Positions 10,345-21,325 of a stretch of 64,000 bases of DNA are shown one piece after another; within the stretch, counting starts at the first letter, position 1, and each line of letters begins with the position of its first letter. Source of the DNA: Terrimesophilobacter sp. (GTDB lineage Bacteria; Actinomycetota; Actinomycetes; Actinomycetales; Microbacteriaceae); the NCBI GenBank assembly GCA_039927595.1, contig JBDSUT010000174.1:217-64216 (forward strand), read 5' to 3'. The translations under genes and the position numbers were made by a program. A model generated the notes under the pieces. It was not told where the DNA came from and did not search any database. It worked only from the letters and a program-made list of their open reading frames with translations.

Positions 10345-11823
10345 GTGAGGAAGCGCGTGCTCCCAGGTATCAGCGGATTGTCCCTTTATTTGCCCCCGTA
10401 CCGCGTGCAGTTGCAGGACTGGTGCACGTGGAATGACGAGTCTTGGGAGAAGACCCGCAGCGTTGTCGGGCGAAGCTTTCGCATGCGCGGTCCGGCCCAA
10501 AGCGTCTACACGCTCGCCGCGAATGCCGTGCTTCGCCTTATTGAGGACTACGAGATCGACCCTTCTCGCATCGGGATGTTGGCGCTGGGAACAGAGTCCA
10601 GCAGCGACAATTCGGCCGGGGCTATCATCGTCAAAGGGATGATCAATGACGCGCTTGCTCTGCAAGGAAAGCCACCGCTTGCCCGTGATTGCGAGGTCCC
10701 CGAGTTCAAGCACGCCTGCCTCGCCGGGGTTTACGGGCTCAAAGCTGCGCTGCGCTACCTCGCTGCGGATGGCGTTGGTCGTCAAGCGATCGTCGTTTCG
10801 GCGGATATCGCCGAGTACGCGCTCGGCAGCACGGGGGAGCCGACGCAAGGCGCCGGCGCAGTCGCGATGCTTGTCGAGGGTGAGGCGAAACTATTGGAGG
10901 TTGACCTCGCTGCCGGTGGCAGTGACTCCGATTACCGTTCCGTGGATTTCAGAAAACCGTTCGCTCGGTTCCGTCAGGCGCCGCGCGATGACGGCCAAAT
11001 GCAGGATCTTCCGGTGTTCAATGGCCGCTACTCAACGAGTTGCTACATTGATGCGACGCACCACGCGATGATGGCGATGCTGGCCAAGCGTGATGGCAGA
11101 GCCTCTGACTATTTCACCGAGGTTGATCAGGTGTTTATGCACCGACCGTACAACCAGATGCCGACGACCGGTTGGGTCATGGCTTACCTCTTTGCGCTCG
11201 CCGCGGATGCTGTGGGCCGCCAGCAACTCGTCGACTACTGCGCGGTGGCTGGCATCGATGCCGATGCGTTGCTCGCAGAGCTCGACACCGCCTCTCCGTT
11301 CGACGACGCGGTTCTTTCTGGCGAAGCAGACGGCGATGTGTTTCCGCACTCCCGCAAGCTTCGTCAGCACCTGCGCGGGCTCGATCTCTGGCAGTCTCTC
11401 GTCATCGACAAGCTGAGTCTTGGCGCAGAAGCGATGCGTGACCTTGGCAACCTTTACTCTGCGGCGTTGCCGGCGTGGCTGGCATCCGGTTTGCGTCAGG
11501 CCGTGGATGACGGGCGGGATGTTGCTGGCCAGAGCTGGCTTGCCCTCGGCTACGGCAGTGGTGATGCGGCAGAGGCTATCCCGATGAGGGTCGTCGAAGG
11601 GTGGGAATATGCCGCACGGCGCATAAATTTCACGTCGGCACTAGGAACGCCCGTCGACCTCACGGAATCCCAATATATTGCGCTTCATGAGGGCCACCCC
11701 AGCGACCTCGTTCCGGTTCCCGTGAGCGGCGAGTTCGTCGTTGAGTCAGTGGGAGACATTGACGGCCCGGACTTCCACAACCTCGGAGTCGAGTTCTACC
11801 GTTACGTACCCGCTAAAGTGTGA
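10345..11823 (+). CDS. Hydroxymethylglutaryl-CoA synthase (long form, about 490 aa)
   Basis: GTESSSDN, EFKHACLAG (catalytic Cys), GEPTQGAGAVAML, DFRKP, FMHRPY, GNLYSAA, GYGSG. GTG start at 10345 chosen because the longer ORF overlaps the divergent mvaD. Confidence 0.85.
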   Translation: MRKRVLPGISGLSLYLPPYRVQLQDWCTWNDESWEKTRSVVGRSFRMRGPAQSVYTLAANAVLRLIEDYEIDPSRIGMLALGTESSSDNSAGAIIVKGMINDALALQGKPPLARDCEVPEFKHACLAGVYGLKAALRYLAADGVGRQAIVVSADIAEYALGSTGEPTQGAGAVAMLVEGEAKLLEVDLAAGGSDSDYRSVDFRKPFARFRQAPRDDGQMQDLPVFNGRYSTSCYIDATHHAMMAMLAKRDGRASDYFTEVDQVFMHRPYNQMPTTGWVMAYLFALAADAVGRQQLVDYCAVAGIDADALLAELDTASPFDDAVLSGEADGDVFPHSRKLRQHLRGLDLWQSLVIDKLSLGAEAMRDLGNLYSAALPAWLASGLRQAVDDGRDVAGQSWLALGYGSGDAAEAIPMRVVEGWEYAARRINFTSALGTPVDLTESQYIALHEGHPSDLVPVPVSGEFVVESVGDIDGPDFHNLGVEFYRYVPAKV

Positions 11824-11826
11824 CGG

Positions 11827-13161
11827 GTGTTGAAGTACGCCATCGTCGGCGCGGGACCATCCGGGCTTGCCGGTGCCCGAAACCTGAGCAAGCTGGGGAT
11901 CGACTTCGACGGCTTTGAGTCTGCCGGTGAAGCAGGGGGCCTCTGGAATATCGACAACCCTCGTAGCACGATGTACGATTCTGCCCACCTCATTTCGAGC
12001 AAAACCACCACGGAGTTCACCGAGTTCCCGATGGCAGAGGGCACCCCCGACTACCCCGGCCACAAGGTGCTTTGTAAATATTTCACCGAGTTTGCGCACA
12101 CGTTTGACCTGCTCAAGTATTTTCGGTTCAACACCGAAGTGACATCTGTTGAACGCGTGAATGACGGGTGGAAGGTGTCGTGGAAAAGTAGCGGGGGCGC
12201 GGGGGCTGCCACGACGGGGAGCGCGGTCTATGCCGGCGTTGTCCTGGCAAATGGCACGCTCGCTGCGCCATCCATCCCGGCGTTCCCTGGTACATTCGAC
12301 GGCGAAATTCTGCACAGCAGTCAGTACAAGTCGCCGGAGATTTTTCGCGGTAAACGCGTGCTGATTATCGGTGCGGGAAACAGCGGATGCGACATTGCTG
12401 TCGACGCTGTGCATCACGCGCACAGCATCGACATGAGTGTGCGCCGAGGGTACTACTTCGTTCCGCGATACATGTTGGGTAAACCCACCGATACTCTCAA
12501 CCAGGGCCGTCCGCTACCCGCGAGAATCAAACAGGCTGTGGATTCGCGCCTCCTCAAGCTGTTCACGGGTGACCCGGTGAGGTTTGGGTTTCCCCAACCC
12601 GACTACCGCATTTACGAGTCGCATCCCATTGTCAATACGCTCGTGCTGCAGCACCTCGGGCAGGGTGACCTGCAGATTCGGCCAGACATTGATCGCTTCG
12701 AAGGCCATACCGTGCATTTTAGTGACGGCACGAGCGACGACTACGACCTCATCATGCTAGCGACCGGCTACGTGCTCGATTACCCGTTCATCGATCACCG
12801 CCATCTCAACTGGACGGGCATGGCCCCCACCCTATTTTTGAACATGTTTGGTGCGGATGCAGGCTCGAGTGGCTTCAACGGGATCTACGTTTTGGGTATG
12901 GTCGAGGCGTCCGGACTTGGATGGCAGGGCCGGTACGAACAAGCCGAACTGTTGGCGCGTTACCTCGCTGCCGACAAGCATGCGCAGCACGACTTTGAGT
13001 CCCAAGCGGAAAAACCGTGGCCAGATCTCACCGGCGGTTACCGATACCTTGCGCTTGAGCGCATGTCGTTTTATGTGAATAAAGACGCCTATCGCCGCGA
13101 AGTGAAGAAGAACATACGTAAATTTAGGCTGAGAAAACAACGTACAAAGGAGTACGAGTGA
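11827..13161 (+). CDS. Flavin-containing monooxygenase (class B FMO)
   Basis: Two Rossmann motifs (GAGPSG, GAGNSG), FMO fingerprint FDGEILHSSQYK, LATGY. Confidence 0.9.
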   Translation: MLKYAIVGAGPSGLAGARNLSKLGIDFDGFESAGEAGGLWNIDNPRSTMYDSAHLISSKTTTEFTEFPMAEGTPDYPGHKVLCKYFTEFAHTFDLLKYFRFNTEVTSVERVNDGWKVSWKSSGGAGAATTGSAVYAGVVLANGTLAAPSIPAFPGTFDGEILHSSQYKSPEIFRGKRVLIIGAGNSGCDIAVDAVHHAHSIDMSVRRGYYFVPRYMLGKPTDTLNQGRPLPARIKQAVDSRLLKLFTGDPVRFGFPQPDYRIYESHPIVNTLVLQHLGQGDLQIRPDIDRFEGHTVHFSDGTSDDYDLIMLATGYVLDYPFIDHRHLNWTGMAPTLFLNMFGADAGSSGFNGIYVLGMVEASGLGWQGRYEQAELLARYLAADKHAQHDFESQAEKPWPDLTGGYRYLALERMSFYVNKDAYRREVKKNIRKFRLRKQRTKEYE

Positions 13162-14144
13162 ACCTGGTTATGCTCGCGGCGAATGCCCATTCCGCCCTGC
13201 TCGGGGTTGCCGGTGCAGCAAACGTCATCGATGACACGAGGTTGAATTTCAACGCCTCTTCGCTGCTACTGCTCGACATTGTTTTGGCCCTCATCATGTT
13301 TGGTATCGCGCTGGCGGTGAAGGTGGATGACTTTAGGGCAGTCGTGACGATGCCCAAAGCCATCACCGTGGCGATCGCTGCGCAGTTTCTTCTGCTACCG
13401 GCCATCACGTTCGCGCTCACGCTGCTTCTGCAGGTGCAGGCCTCCATCGCGCTCGGGATGATCTTGGTGGCGTGTTGCCCACCCGGCAATATTTCCCAGG
13501 TTCTCACTCATCAGGCGCGCGGCAATGTGGCACTGTCGGTATCGATGACGGCCGTGGGCAACCTGCTCGCAATCTTCCTCATGCCCTTGAACTTCGCGCT
13601 GTGGGGACACCTGCACCCCACCGCGTCCACGATTTTTGAAGCTGTGGAACTGAACGCGTGGGACATGCTGATCAAGATCGTTCTGATCATCGGTCTGCCC
13701 TTCGTGCTCGGGGTATTCATCGGGCATCGGTGGCCGAAGATTACGGCAAAAGTGCAGCCCTCGATTCGCATCATCAGCCTCGTCGCGCTGGTGGCATTTA
13801 TCGTGATTGCCCTGGTCGGCAACTGGGCCAACTTCATGGCTGTGCTCGGAGTCGTTCTCATCGTCGTGTTCCTGCACGACACGCTCGCCCTCGCCCTCGG
13901 GTACGGTACCGCGCGGGCTTTCCGGCTCGACACCGCCAGTACCAAAGCGGTCACGTTCGAGGTCGGTATCCGAAACGCCGGCCTCGGACTCGGCCTTGTA
14001 TTCGCTTTCTTTGACGGGCTGGGTGGCATGGCCGTCGTGGCCGGGTGGTGGGGAATCTGGGACATCATTGCGGGGCTCATCCTGGCCACCGTCTGGTCGC
14101 GTTTCACGCTGCGCAAACATCGTAAGGAGTCTGTGGTGGCATGA
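13158..14144 (+). CDS. Bile acid:sodium symporter (BASS/SBF) family transporter
   Basis: IMFGIAL, AQFLLLP, ACCPPGNIS, GNVALSVSMT, FEVGIRNAGLG. Confidence 0.9.
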   Translation: MNLVMLAANAHSALLGVAGAANVIDDTRLNFNASSLLLLDIVLALIMFGIALAVKVDDFRAVVTMPKAITVAIAAQFLLLPAITFALTLLLQVQASIALGMILVACCPPGNISQVLTHQARGNVALSVSMTAVGNLLAIFLMPLNFALWGHLHPTASTIFEAVELNAWDMLIKIVLIIGLPFVLGVFIGHRWPKITAKVQPSIRIISLVALVAFIVIALVGNWANFMAVLGVVLIVVFLHDTLALALGYGTARAFRLDTASTKAVTFEVGIRNAGLGLGLVFAFFDGLGGMAVVAGWWGIWDIIAGLILATVWSRFTLRKHRKESVVA

Positions 14145-15109
14145 CCCGCGTATACGTCACGGGAGGCAACGGCTTTCTCGGTAGCTCCGTCGTCGCAGGG
14201 CTCGCGGCCTCCAGCAGCACGGAGCTGGTGGTGAGCGGTGACGTGCGTGACCCCGTGCGCACGGTCACTGGTGTGGTGTACGAGAAAGCTGACATCACCC
14301 AGCCGGATGACCTCGTGGAGCACTTTCGCACGCACCGCATCGACACCGTGGTGCACCTTGCCGCGATCATGAACCCTGGACCGCACATCACGCGCGAGCA
14401 CGAATACCGCGTTGATGTCGGCGGCACCCGCAATGTTCTTGATGCCTGCCTGGCCACCGGGGTGAAGCGCATTGTGGTGTCCTCGAGCGGCGCGGCCTAC
14501 GGATACCACGCCGACAATCCGGAATGGATTACGGAAGACCAGGCAATTCGTGGCAACTCCGAGTTTGCCTACTCCGACCACAAGCGCATTGTCGAGGGGA
14601 TGCTCGCGGAGGCTCGTGAGGCTCATCCAGAGCTAGAACAGGTCATCTTCCGGATAGGCACGATCCTCGGTGAGACCGTCAACAATCAGATCACGGCGCT
14701 CTTCGAGAGAAAGCGTGTGCTCGCCATCTCGGGAGCCGATAGCCCGTTCGTGTTTATTTGGGATCAGGATGTCGTGGGCTGCATGCTCCGCGCCGCCACC
14801 GAGGGACCCTCCGGTATCTACAATGTCGCCGGTGACGGCGCAGTAGACGTGCGTGTGCTCGCCTCGGTACTCGACAAAAAACTTTTCACGGTGCCGGCGT
14901 GGCTGCTCACGGCCGTGCTCGCCGTCGCGAAGCCGCTGCGGCTGACAGGTTACGGTCCGGAACAAGTCGGCTTTTTGCGTTTTCGCCCCGTGCTCAGCAA
15001 CGCGCGGCTGAAAGATGAGTTCGGATACACGCCGGCAAAGACCAGCAGGCAGGCGCTCGAAGCGTGGAAGGCCGCGCGCGACGCGCGGTCAGCTGCAGAG
15101 CGCGGTTAG
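14141..15109 (+). CDS. Extended SDR, NAD-dependent epimerase/dehydratase family
   Basis: TGGNGFLG, VVHLAA, SSSGAAYG, YxxxK (YSDHK), YNVAGDG. Confidence 0.88.
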   Translation: MTRVYVTGGNGFLGSSVVAGLAASSSTELVVSGDVRDPVRTVTGVVYEKADITQPDDLVEHFRTHRIDTVVHLAAIMNPGPHITREHEYRVDVGGTRNVLDACLATGVKRIVVSSSGAAYGYHADNPEWITEDQAIRGNSEFAYSDHKRIVEGMLAEAREAHPELEQVIFRIGTILGETVNNQITALFERKRVLAISGADSPFVFIWDQDVVGCMLRAATEGPSGIYNVAGDGAVDVRVLASVLDKKLFTVPAWLLTAVLAVAKPLRLTGYGPEQVGFLRFRPVLSNARLKDEFGYTPAKTSRQALEAWKAARDARSAAERG

Positions 15110-15588
15110 CTGCGTAGATTCCGCAACAGCACTGCCATCTCCAAGGCTGCCTGCGCTGCCTCTTCGCCCTTGTCTTCCTTCGAGCCGGGTAGGCCAGCGC
15201 GATCGATGCCCTGCTGTTCGTCATCAAGGGTGAGCACCCCGAAGCCGACCGGCTTGCCGGTATCCAGTGCTACGCGCGTGAGGCCATCCGTTGCCGCGTG
15301 CGACACGAAGTCGAAGTGGGGTGTGCCGCCGCGGATGATGACCCCGAGCGCGACCACGGCATCCGCTCCGGCGTCGAGGGCCGCCTTGCAGGCGAGCGGT
15401 AGCTCGAAGCTGCCCGGAACCCGCAGCTCAGAGACCGTCGCGCCGGAGGCATCGAGCACTCGATGCGCACCGGCCAGAAGACCGTTCGCAATCGTCTCGT
15501 GCCACCTGCCGGCGACAATCGTGATCGAGAATCCCGTTCCGTTGACGGCGGGGGCATCCGGATGATTGGGGGAACCTGCACCGCTCAT
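15106..15588 (-). CDS. ribH: 6,7-dimethyl-8-ribityllumazine synthase
   Basis: VPGSFELP, GVIIRGGTPHFDFV, VGFGVLT, DKGEEAA. Confidence 0.96.
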   Translation of the reverse strand: MSGAGSPNHPDAPAVNGTGFSITIVAGRWHETIANGLLAGAHRVLDASGATVSELRVPGSFELPLACKAALDAGADAVVALGVIIRGGTPHFDFVSHAATDGLTRVALDTGKPVGFGVLTLDDEQQGIDRAGLPGSKEDKGEEAAQAALEMAVLLRNLRS

Positions 15589-16859
15589 AATGTGTGTCCT
15601 TCTCGCTCGACAATTCCCGAAAGGTCATCGGGAAGTTGATGACCCATACGGTCGCGTTTGGCCGCCATGTAGTCACTGTTAAATTCCCCGACACCGACCA
15701 GCAGCGGGATGGTTTCGGTGACGGTGAGACCATGCCGCGCCGAGAGCTGCTTGGCCTTGTCTGGGTTGTTGGTGAGCAGTCGCAACGAGGTGACGCCGAG
15801 GTCGCTCAAAATCGCTGCTGCTGCCCCGTAGTCGCGTTGGTCAGGCTGGAAGCCGAGGGCAATGTTGGCGTCGATCGTGTCGAGGCCCTCCTCCTGCAGC
15901 TTGTAGGCGCGCAGCTTATTGACCAAGCCAATGCCACGCCCCTCGTGCCCGCGAAGGTACACAACGATGCCGCCTTCGCGCTGAATGTGCTCGAGTGACT
16001 CATGCAGTTGCGGCCCGCACTCGCACTTGAGGGAGGCGAAGACTTCGCCGGTCAGGCACTCGGAGTGCACGCGCACGAGAGCATGGGGGCCCGGATTGCC
16101 GGCGATGATGGCGAGGTGATCTGAGCCGGTCATCCGGTCGCGGTATGCGCGGAATCGCAGGGTGCCATAGGCGGTCGGCACGGTGGTTTCGACCTCAAAA
16201 ATGATGCGCGAAGTTTCGGGGATAGGCGCGGCTGCATCGACAGCTCCCGAACCGTGCTCCTCGATGAAGGTGATGAGATCCGCGATTGTAATCACGACAA
16301 CAGCCTCCGCTTCACCAAACACGAGGAGTTCTGGCAGGCGCATCATTTCGCCGTCGTCCTGCACGATTTCGCCGATTGCGCCGACGGGGGAGAGCCCCGC
16401 AAGTTTCATCAAGTCGACGGCCGCTTCGGTGTGGCCATCGCGCTCCAGAACACCGCCATTCTTCGCGCGCAGCGGCAAAATATGACCGGGGCGGATGAGA
16501 CTTGACGGGGTCGAGTGTGGGTTTGCGAGCACCCGCAGAGTGTGCGCGCGGTCGGAGGCGCTGATGCCCGTGCTCGCACGATCGGCCGCGTCGACGGAAA
16601 CCGTGTAGTTGGTGCCACGCGGGTCCTGACTCTCCGCCACCATGACCGGAAGCTCCAGACGATCCGCCAACTCGTTTGGCATTGGAGCGCAGAGGTAGCC
16701 AGAGGAGTGCCGCACCATCCAAGCAACCCATTCTTGGCTGGCAAGCTCGGCCGAAATGATGATGTCGCCCTCGTTCTCGCGGCCCTCATCATCGACCACA
16801 ATCACGGGCCTTCCTTTGCGCAGCTCATCGAGCGCGGTGGGGATGCTTGCGAGACTCAT
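15585..16859 (-). CDS. ribBA: Bifunctional DHBP synthase / GTP cyclohydrolase II
   Basis: DDEGRENEGD, RPGHILPL, RDGHTEAAVDL, RVHSECLTG, CECGPQL, EGRGIGL, LLTNNP. Confidence 0.96.
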   Translation of the reverse strand: MSLASIPTALDELRKGRPVIVVDDEGRENEGDIIISAELASQEWVAWMVRHSSGYLCAPMPNELADRLELPVMVAESQDPRGTNYTVSVDAADRASTGISASDRAHTLRVLANPHSTPSSLIRPGHILPLRAKNGGVLERDGHTEAAVDLMKLAGLSPVGAIGEIVQDDGEMMRLPELLVFGEAEAVVVITIADLITFIEEHGSGAVDAAAPIPETSRIIFEVETTVPTAYGTLRFRAYRDRMTGSDHLAIIAGNPGPHALVRVHSECLTGEVFASLKCECGPQLHESLEHIQREGGIVVYLRGHEGRGIGLVNKLRAYKLQEEGLDTIDANIALGFQPDQRDYGAAAAILSDLGVTSLRLLTNNPDKAKQLSARHGLTVTETIPLLVGVGEFNSDYMAAKRDRMGHQLPDDLSGIVEREGHTL

Positions 16860-17533
16860 GACTCGCTCCTTTCATTGGCGGATGCCGGTGTCGCCAAGGG
16901 GATCGTGCGGGAAAGGATGTCGGGGTCGTGCAGGCCAACTTCGAGAAGGCGCGCAACGTGGCGGGCAAGGATGTCAGTTTCGACATTGACGAGGTCACCG
17001 GGCTGCTTCTGGCCAAGCGTGGTTGCACGCAGGGTCTCGGGGATAAGGGAGACCTCGAACCAGTGACTGTTCTTGTCGCGCCCGACCGCGCTGACGGTGA
17101 GCGAAACCCCGTCGAGGGCAATGGAGCCCTTGCGCACCACGAGACCGGCAAGGTCATCGGCAATGCTGAGGCGCACGACGCGCCACGCGCTGCCCTCGTT
17201 GAGCGAAAGCACTGACGCAGTTCCATCAATGTGACCCTGAACAATGTGGCCGCCGAGGCGATCACCCAGCCTCGCAGCGCGCTCGATGTTCACGCGATCT
17301 CCCGGCCGCGGGCCCGTCAGAGTGCTCATGCGGATCGTCTCGGCCATGACATCCGCGGTGAACCAGTCATCACCCTGATCAACTACGGTGAGGCACACGC
17401 CGCTCACCGAGAGGGAGTCGCCGTGTGCGGCATCTGACACGGCAAGGGGCGCTCGAACGGTGAGGCGCGCGGCATCGGCCGATGACACCCACTCCACGAT
17501 TTCGCCGAGTTCCTCAATGATTCCGGTAAACAT
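16856..17533 (-). CDS. ribE: Riboflavin synthase
   Basis: N-terminal MFTGIIEE, GVCLTV, GGHIVQGHIDG, GVSLTV, VNVETD. Confidence 0.96.
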   Translation of the reverse strand: MFTGIIEELGEIVEWVSSADAARLTVRAPLAVSDAAHGDSLSVSGVCLTVVDQGDDWFTADVMAETIRMSTLTGPRPGDRVNIERAARLGDRLGGHIVQGHIDGTASVLSLNEGSAWRVVRLSIADDLAGLVVRKGSIALDGVSLTVSAVGRDKNSHWFEVSLIPETLRATTLGQKQPGDLVNVETDILARHVARLLEVGLHDPDILSRTIPLATPASANERSES

Positions 17534-17535
17534 GG

Positions 17536-18630
17536 TTACACGCCTTCTTTCGCGGGAGGTTTATCAGCAGGGGCGACGGTGGTGTGAGGCCTCGCGGTCA
17601 CCACAATGTCGTGGCCGCATCGCTCGACCCGCCGAATCTGTAACTGTGTGGCATGAGAAAGTGTTCCAATTCCAAGATCTCCGAGCGCGAGCCTGTCGCC
17701 GCCCAGCAAAATTGGTGCGAGATAGATGAGGTACTCGTCGACGAGCCCAGCCGTAACAAACGCGCTCGCGAGCGTGGGGCCGCCCTCCACGAAGACACGG
17801 CGGATGCCGCGGTCAAACAGGTCGCGCATCACGCTCTGGAGGTCGCGTGTGCCCATCGCGAGGAAGGGTACCGGGTGGTCGCAGAGTCGTGAGCCTGCCG
17901 GAACCGCGCGCTCGCCGATGATCACGGGCAGCGGTTGGTGGGGGAACAACGCGCCCTGAGCGTCGCGTGCGGTGAGGCTCGGGTTGTCTGCCAGTACCGT
18001 TCCGGTGCCGACAATGATCGCATCCGCGGCCGCTCGTTGTTCATGCACGTGGGCGCGGGCTTGCGGCCCGGTTATCCATTGGCTTGACCCATCAGCCGCC
18101 GCCGCCCTGCCGTCGAGGCTTGACGCCCACTTGAGTGTCACGTGGGGGCGGCCAAGACGCATGGCGGTGAGCCAGGGTCGAAGTAGCTCGGTGACTTCTG
18201 GTTCCACGACGCCAGAAAGTACCGAAACACCCGCATCGAGCAGCCGTGCTGCGCCGCCTTTTGCGGCCGGGTTCGGGTCGGTGACAGCAAAGACAACGCG
18301 GGCAATCCCCGCCTCAATGAGCGCGACACTGCACGGGGGCGTACGGCCGTGATGATTGCAGGGCTCAAGGGTGACGACGGCCGTGGCGCCTCTGGCCGCT
18401 CCCTCTGCCAGGTGCGACAGTGCATCGGTCTCTGCGTGCGGGGTTCCGCGCCCACGATGCCAGCCCTCTGCGAGGGTTTCGCCGGAGGGGGAGAGGATGA
18501 CGCAGCCGACCTGCGGATTCGCGTCCGTAGCCGGGCCGCGGGCCGCAAGTTCGAGGGCGCGACGCATCGCGGCCTCGATGATGGGCTGCGCCCGTGGTGG
18601 AGCCTGTGGCTGCTCCTGCGGTTGTGGCAT
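17536..18630 (-). CDS. ribD: Bifunctional pyrimidine deaminase / reductase
   Basis: NPQVGCV, HAE, TLEPCNHHGRTPPC, KWASSLDG, VEGG. Confidence 0.96.
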   Translation of the reverse strand: MPQPQEQPQAPPRAQPIIEAAMRRALELAARGPATDANPQVGCVILSPSGETLAEGWHRGRGTPHAETDALSHLAEGAARGATAVVTLEPCNHHGRTPPCSVALIEAGIARVVFAVTDPNPAAKGGAARLLDAGVSVLSGVVEPEVTELLRPWLTAMRLGRPHVTLKWASSLDGRAAAADGSSQWITGPQARAHVHEQRAAADAIIVGTGTVLADNPSLTARDAQGALFPHQPLPVIIGERAVPAGSRLCDHPVPFLAMGTRDLQSVMRDLFDRGIRRVFVEGGPTLASAFVTAGLVDEYLIYLAPILLGGDRLALGDLGIGTLSHATQLQIRRVERCGHDIVVTARPHTTVAPADKPPAKEGV

Positions 18631-18709
18631 TCGTTCCTCGTGTCGTCTTTAGACGCCCTCCGGGAACGCAGGTGGAACACCTAGCGCCGTGCACGCTCGC
18701 GCGAACACC

Positions 18710-18872
18710 CGTGCCTCCTCTCATCCGGACTGAGAACCACAAGTGATTCATAACCGTCGGTGCTGGAATTTCACCAGCTCAACCGCTCTCAGCCTCAGTT
18801 TCTCAACTTCGGTCAATCGCGGGTCGCGGACTATCACCGCCGGTTCGGACTTTCACCGACCCCGGAGCACGT
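18710..18872 (-). ncRNA. FMN riboswitch (RFN element)
   Basis: Minus strand reads CGTGCTCCGGGGTCGGTGAAAGTCCGAACCGGCGGTGATAGTCCGCGAC...GCTGGTGAAATTCCAGCACCGACGGT...AGTCCGGATGAGAGGAGGCACG, directly upstream of ribD. Confidence 0.93.
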
Positions 18873-18916
18873 ACTTCTTACAGTGTATCAATTCACCGTG
18901 AGTGCCACATATCTCT

Positions 18917-19678
18917 TCAGCGAGCTGTCAGCGACGTGAGCAGCTCGCTGAGCGAGTGGAGCACGATAACCCCGGATGCCGCTGCCTCGGCCAACTCCGT
19001 CTCTGTCGCAGAACCACGACGGTCCAGCCACACACCGGTGAGGCCAGCGTCGGCGGCGCCGATGGCATCCGTGTGCAGGCGGTCGCCAATGTACGCGGCC
19101 CGGACGGGAGCGACATCAAACAGCGCACACGCGTGGTGGAAGATGCGGGCATCCGGTTTTGTGATGCCGAACTCTCCAGAGGTGACGAGGTGCTCGATGT
19201 GTGGGGTGAGGCCCAGTGCCTCCACTTTCTCGGTTTGATAGTCGCGTTCACCGTTGGTGATGAGCCCGAACCGTACACCGGGAATAGTGCGACGCAACTC
19301 GTCAAGGCAGGGGAGCGTGTCGGGGTGCAGCGCCCACGCTCTCTCGTAATCGCGGTAGTACTCTTCGTACCAGCGCTGCGCCCCTGCGTCATCCACATCA
19401 ATGCCGTACGCGGCAACGAAGTCGCGTGCCCGCGCGCGGCGTTGGCCGAGAAAATCAATTTCTCCGGAAAGATAGCGATGGTAGTGCTGCTCCTCGAGTT
19501 CGTGCCAACGCCTGATCTCTGAGGCATCGTCAGGGTCGAAGGCAGCCGAATCGAGGCTCGCGCGATGCGCAGTGATCCCGAGATCCACTGCCTCCCGGTG
19601 CGCGAACAGGGTGTCGTCGAGGTCAAACAACACCAGCGAGAGCTGCGGGGTGACACGTGCGGTGTCGATGCCGATCAC
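18917..19678 (-). CDS. HAD family hydrolase (subfamily IA)
   Basis: FDLDDTL, LITNG, KPDARIF, YIGDRLHTDAIGA. Confidence 0.9.
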   Translation of the reverse strand: MIGIDTARVTPQLSLVLFDLDDTLFAHREAVDLGITAHRASLDSAAFDPDDASEIRRWHELEEQHYHRYLSGEIDFLGQRRARARDFVAAYGIDVDDAGAQRWYEEYYRDYERAWALHPDTLPCLDELRRTIPGVRFGLITNGERDYQTEKVEALGLTPHIEHLVTSGEFGITKPDARIFHHACALFDVAPVRAAYIGDRLHTDAIGAADAGLTGVWLDRRGSATETELAEAAASGVIVLHSLSELLTSLTAR

Positions 19679-20246
19679 CGCCCACCAAACTCGGTGAGAT
19701 CTGGCCAGCCATCTTTGCGTGTACGTTCGTCACTCGCGTGCAACTCGGCCCGCCAACAGTCCGGGGTTGAGCCGTCCCGCGACGCCGTGAATGCCGGTCC
19801 AATGCCCGTGTAGCGCAGACCCATGGCGCGAGCGACAGCGAGTGAGCCGATGTTGCCGATGCGTGCTTCCCAGGTCACGATCTCGCTCCAGCCGCTGTCA
19901 AAAACCCAGTCGATGACTGCGGCAACGGCGCGCGACATGTGACCTGATCCACGGTGTTCGGCACCCATCCAGTAGCCGATCATCGAGCTCCCCGCACGCA
20001 CACTGATCACCCCGAGAAGCTGACCGTCGAGACGGATCGCCCAGGTGAGCTCGTCGCCACTTCGCCACCCGGGCTGCACTATCTCGTGCACGAAAAATTC
20101 GGCATCTGCTTGGCTGTACGGCCACGGGATGGTCAAAAACTTTTCAAAAAGTGGGTCCTGGCAGTATTCGGTGATGAGCGGGATGTCTGCTTCGGTCGGC
20201 AGGTCGAGGGTGAGCTCTCCCGCCGTGAGCGTGAAGGGTTCCATCG

Positions 20247-20250
<4 letters not shown>
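19675..20250 (-). CDS. GNAT acetyltransferase (RimJ/RimL-like)
   Basis: [26 protein letters not shown]. Confidence 0.85.
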
Positions 20251-21266
<1,016 letters not shown>

Positions 21267-21325
21267 TCAGTGTCGGGAGGAAGGTACCGGGATGTTACTC
21301 GCCGAAACCCTCGCAGTGCTGTGGC

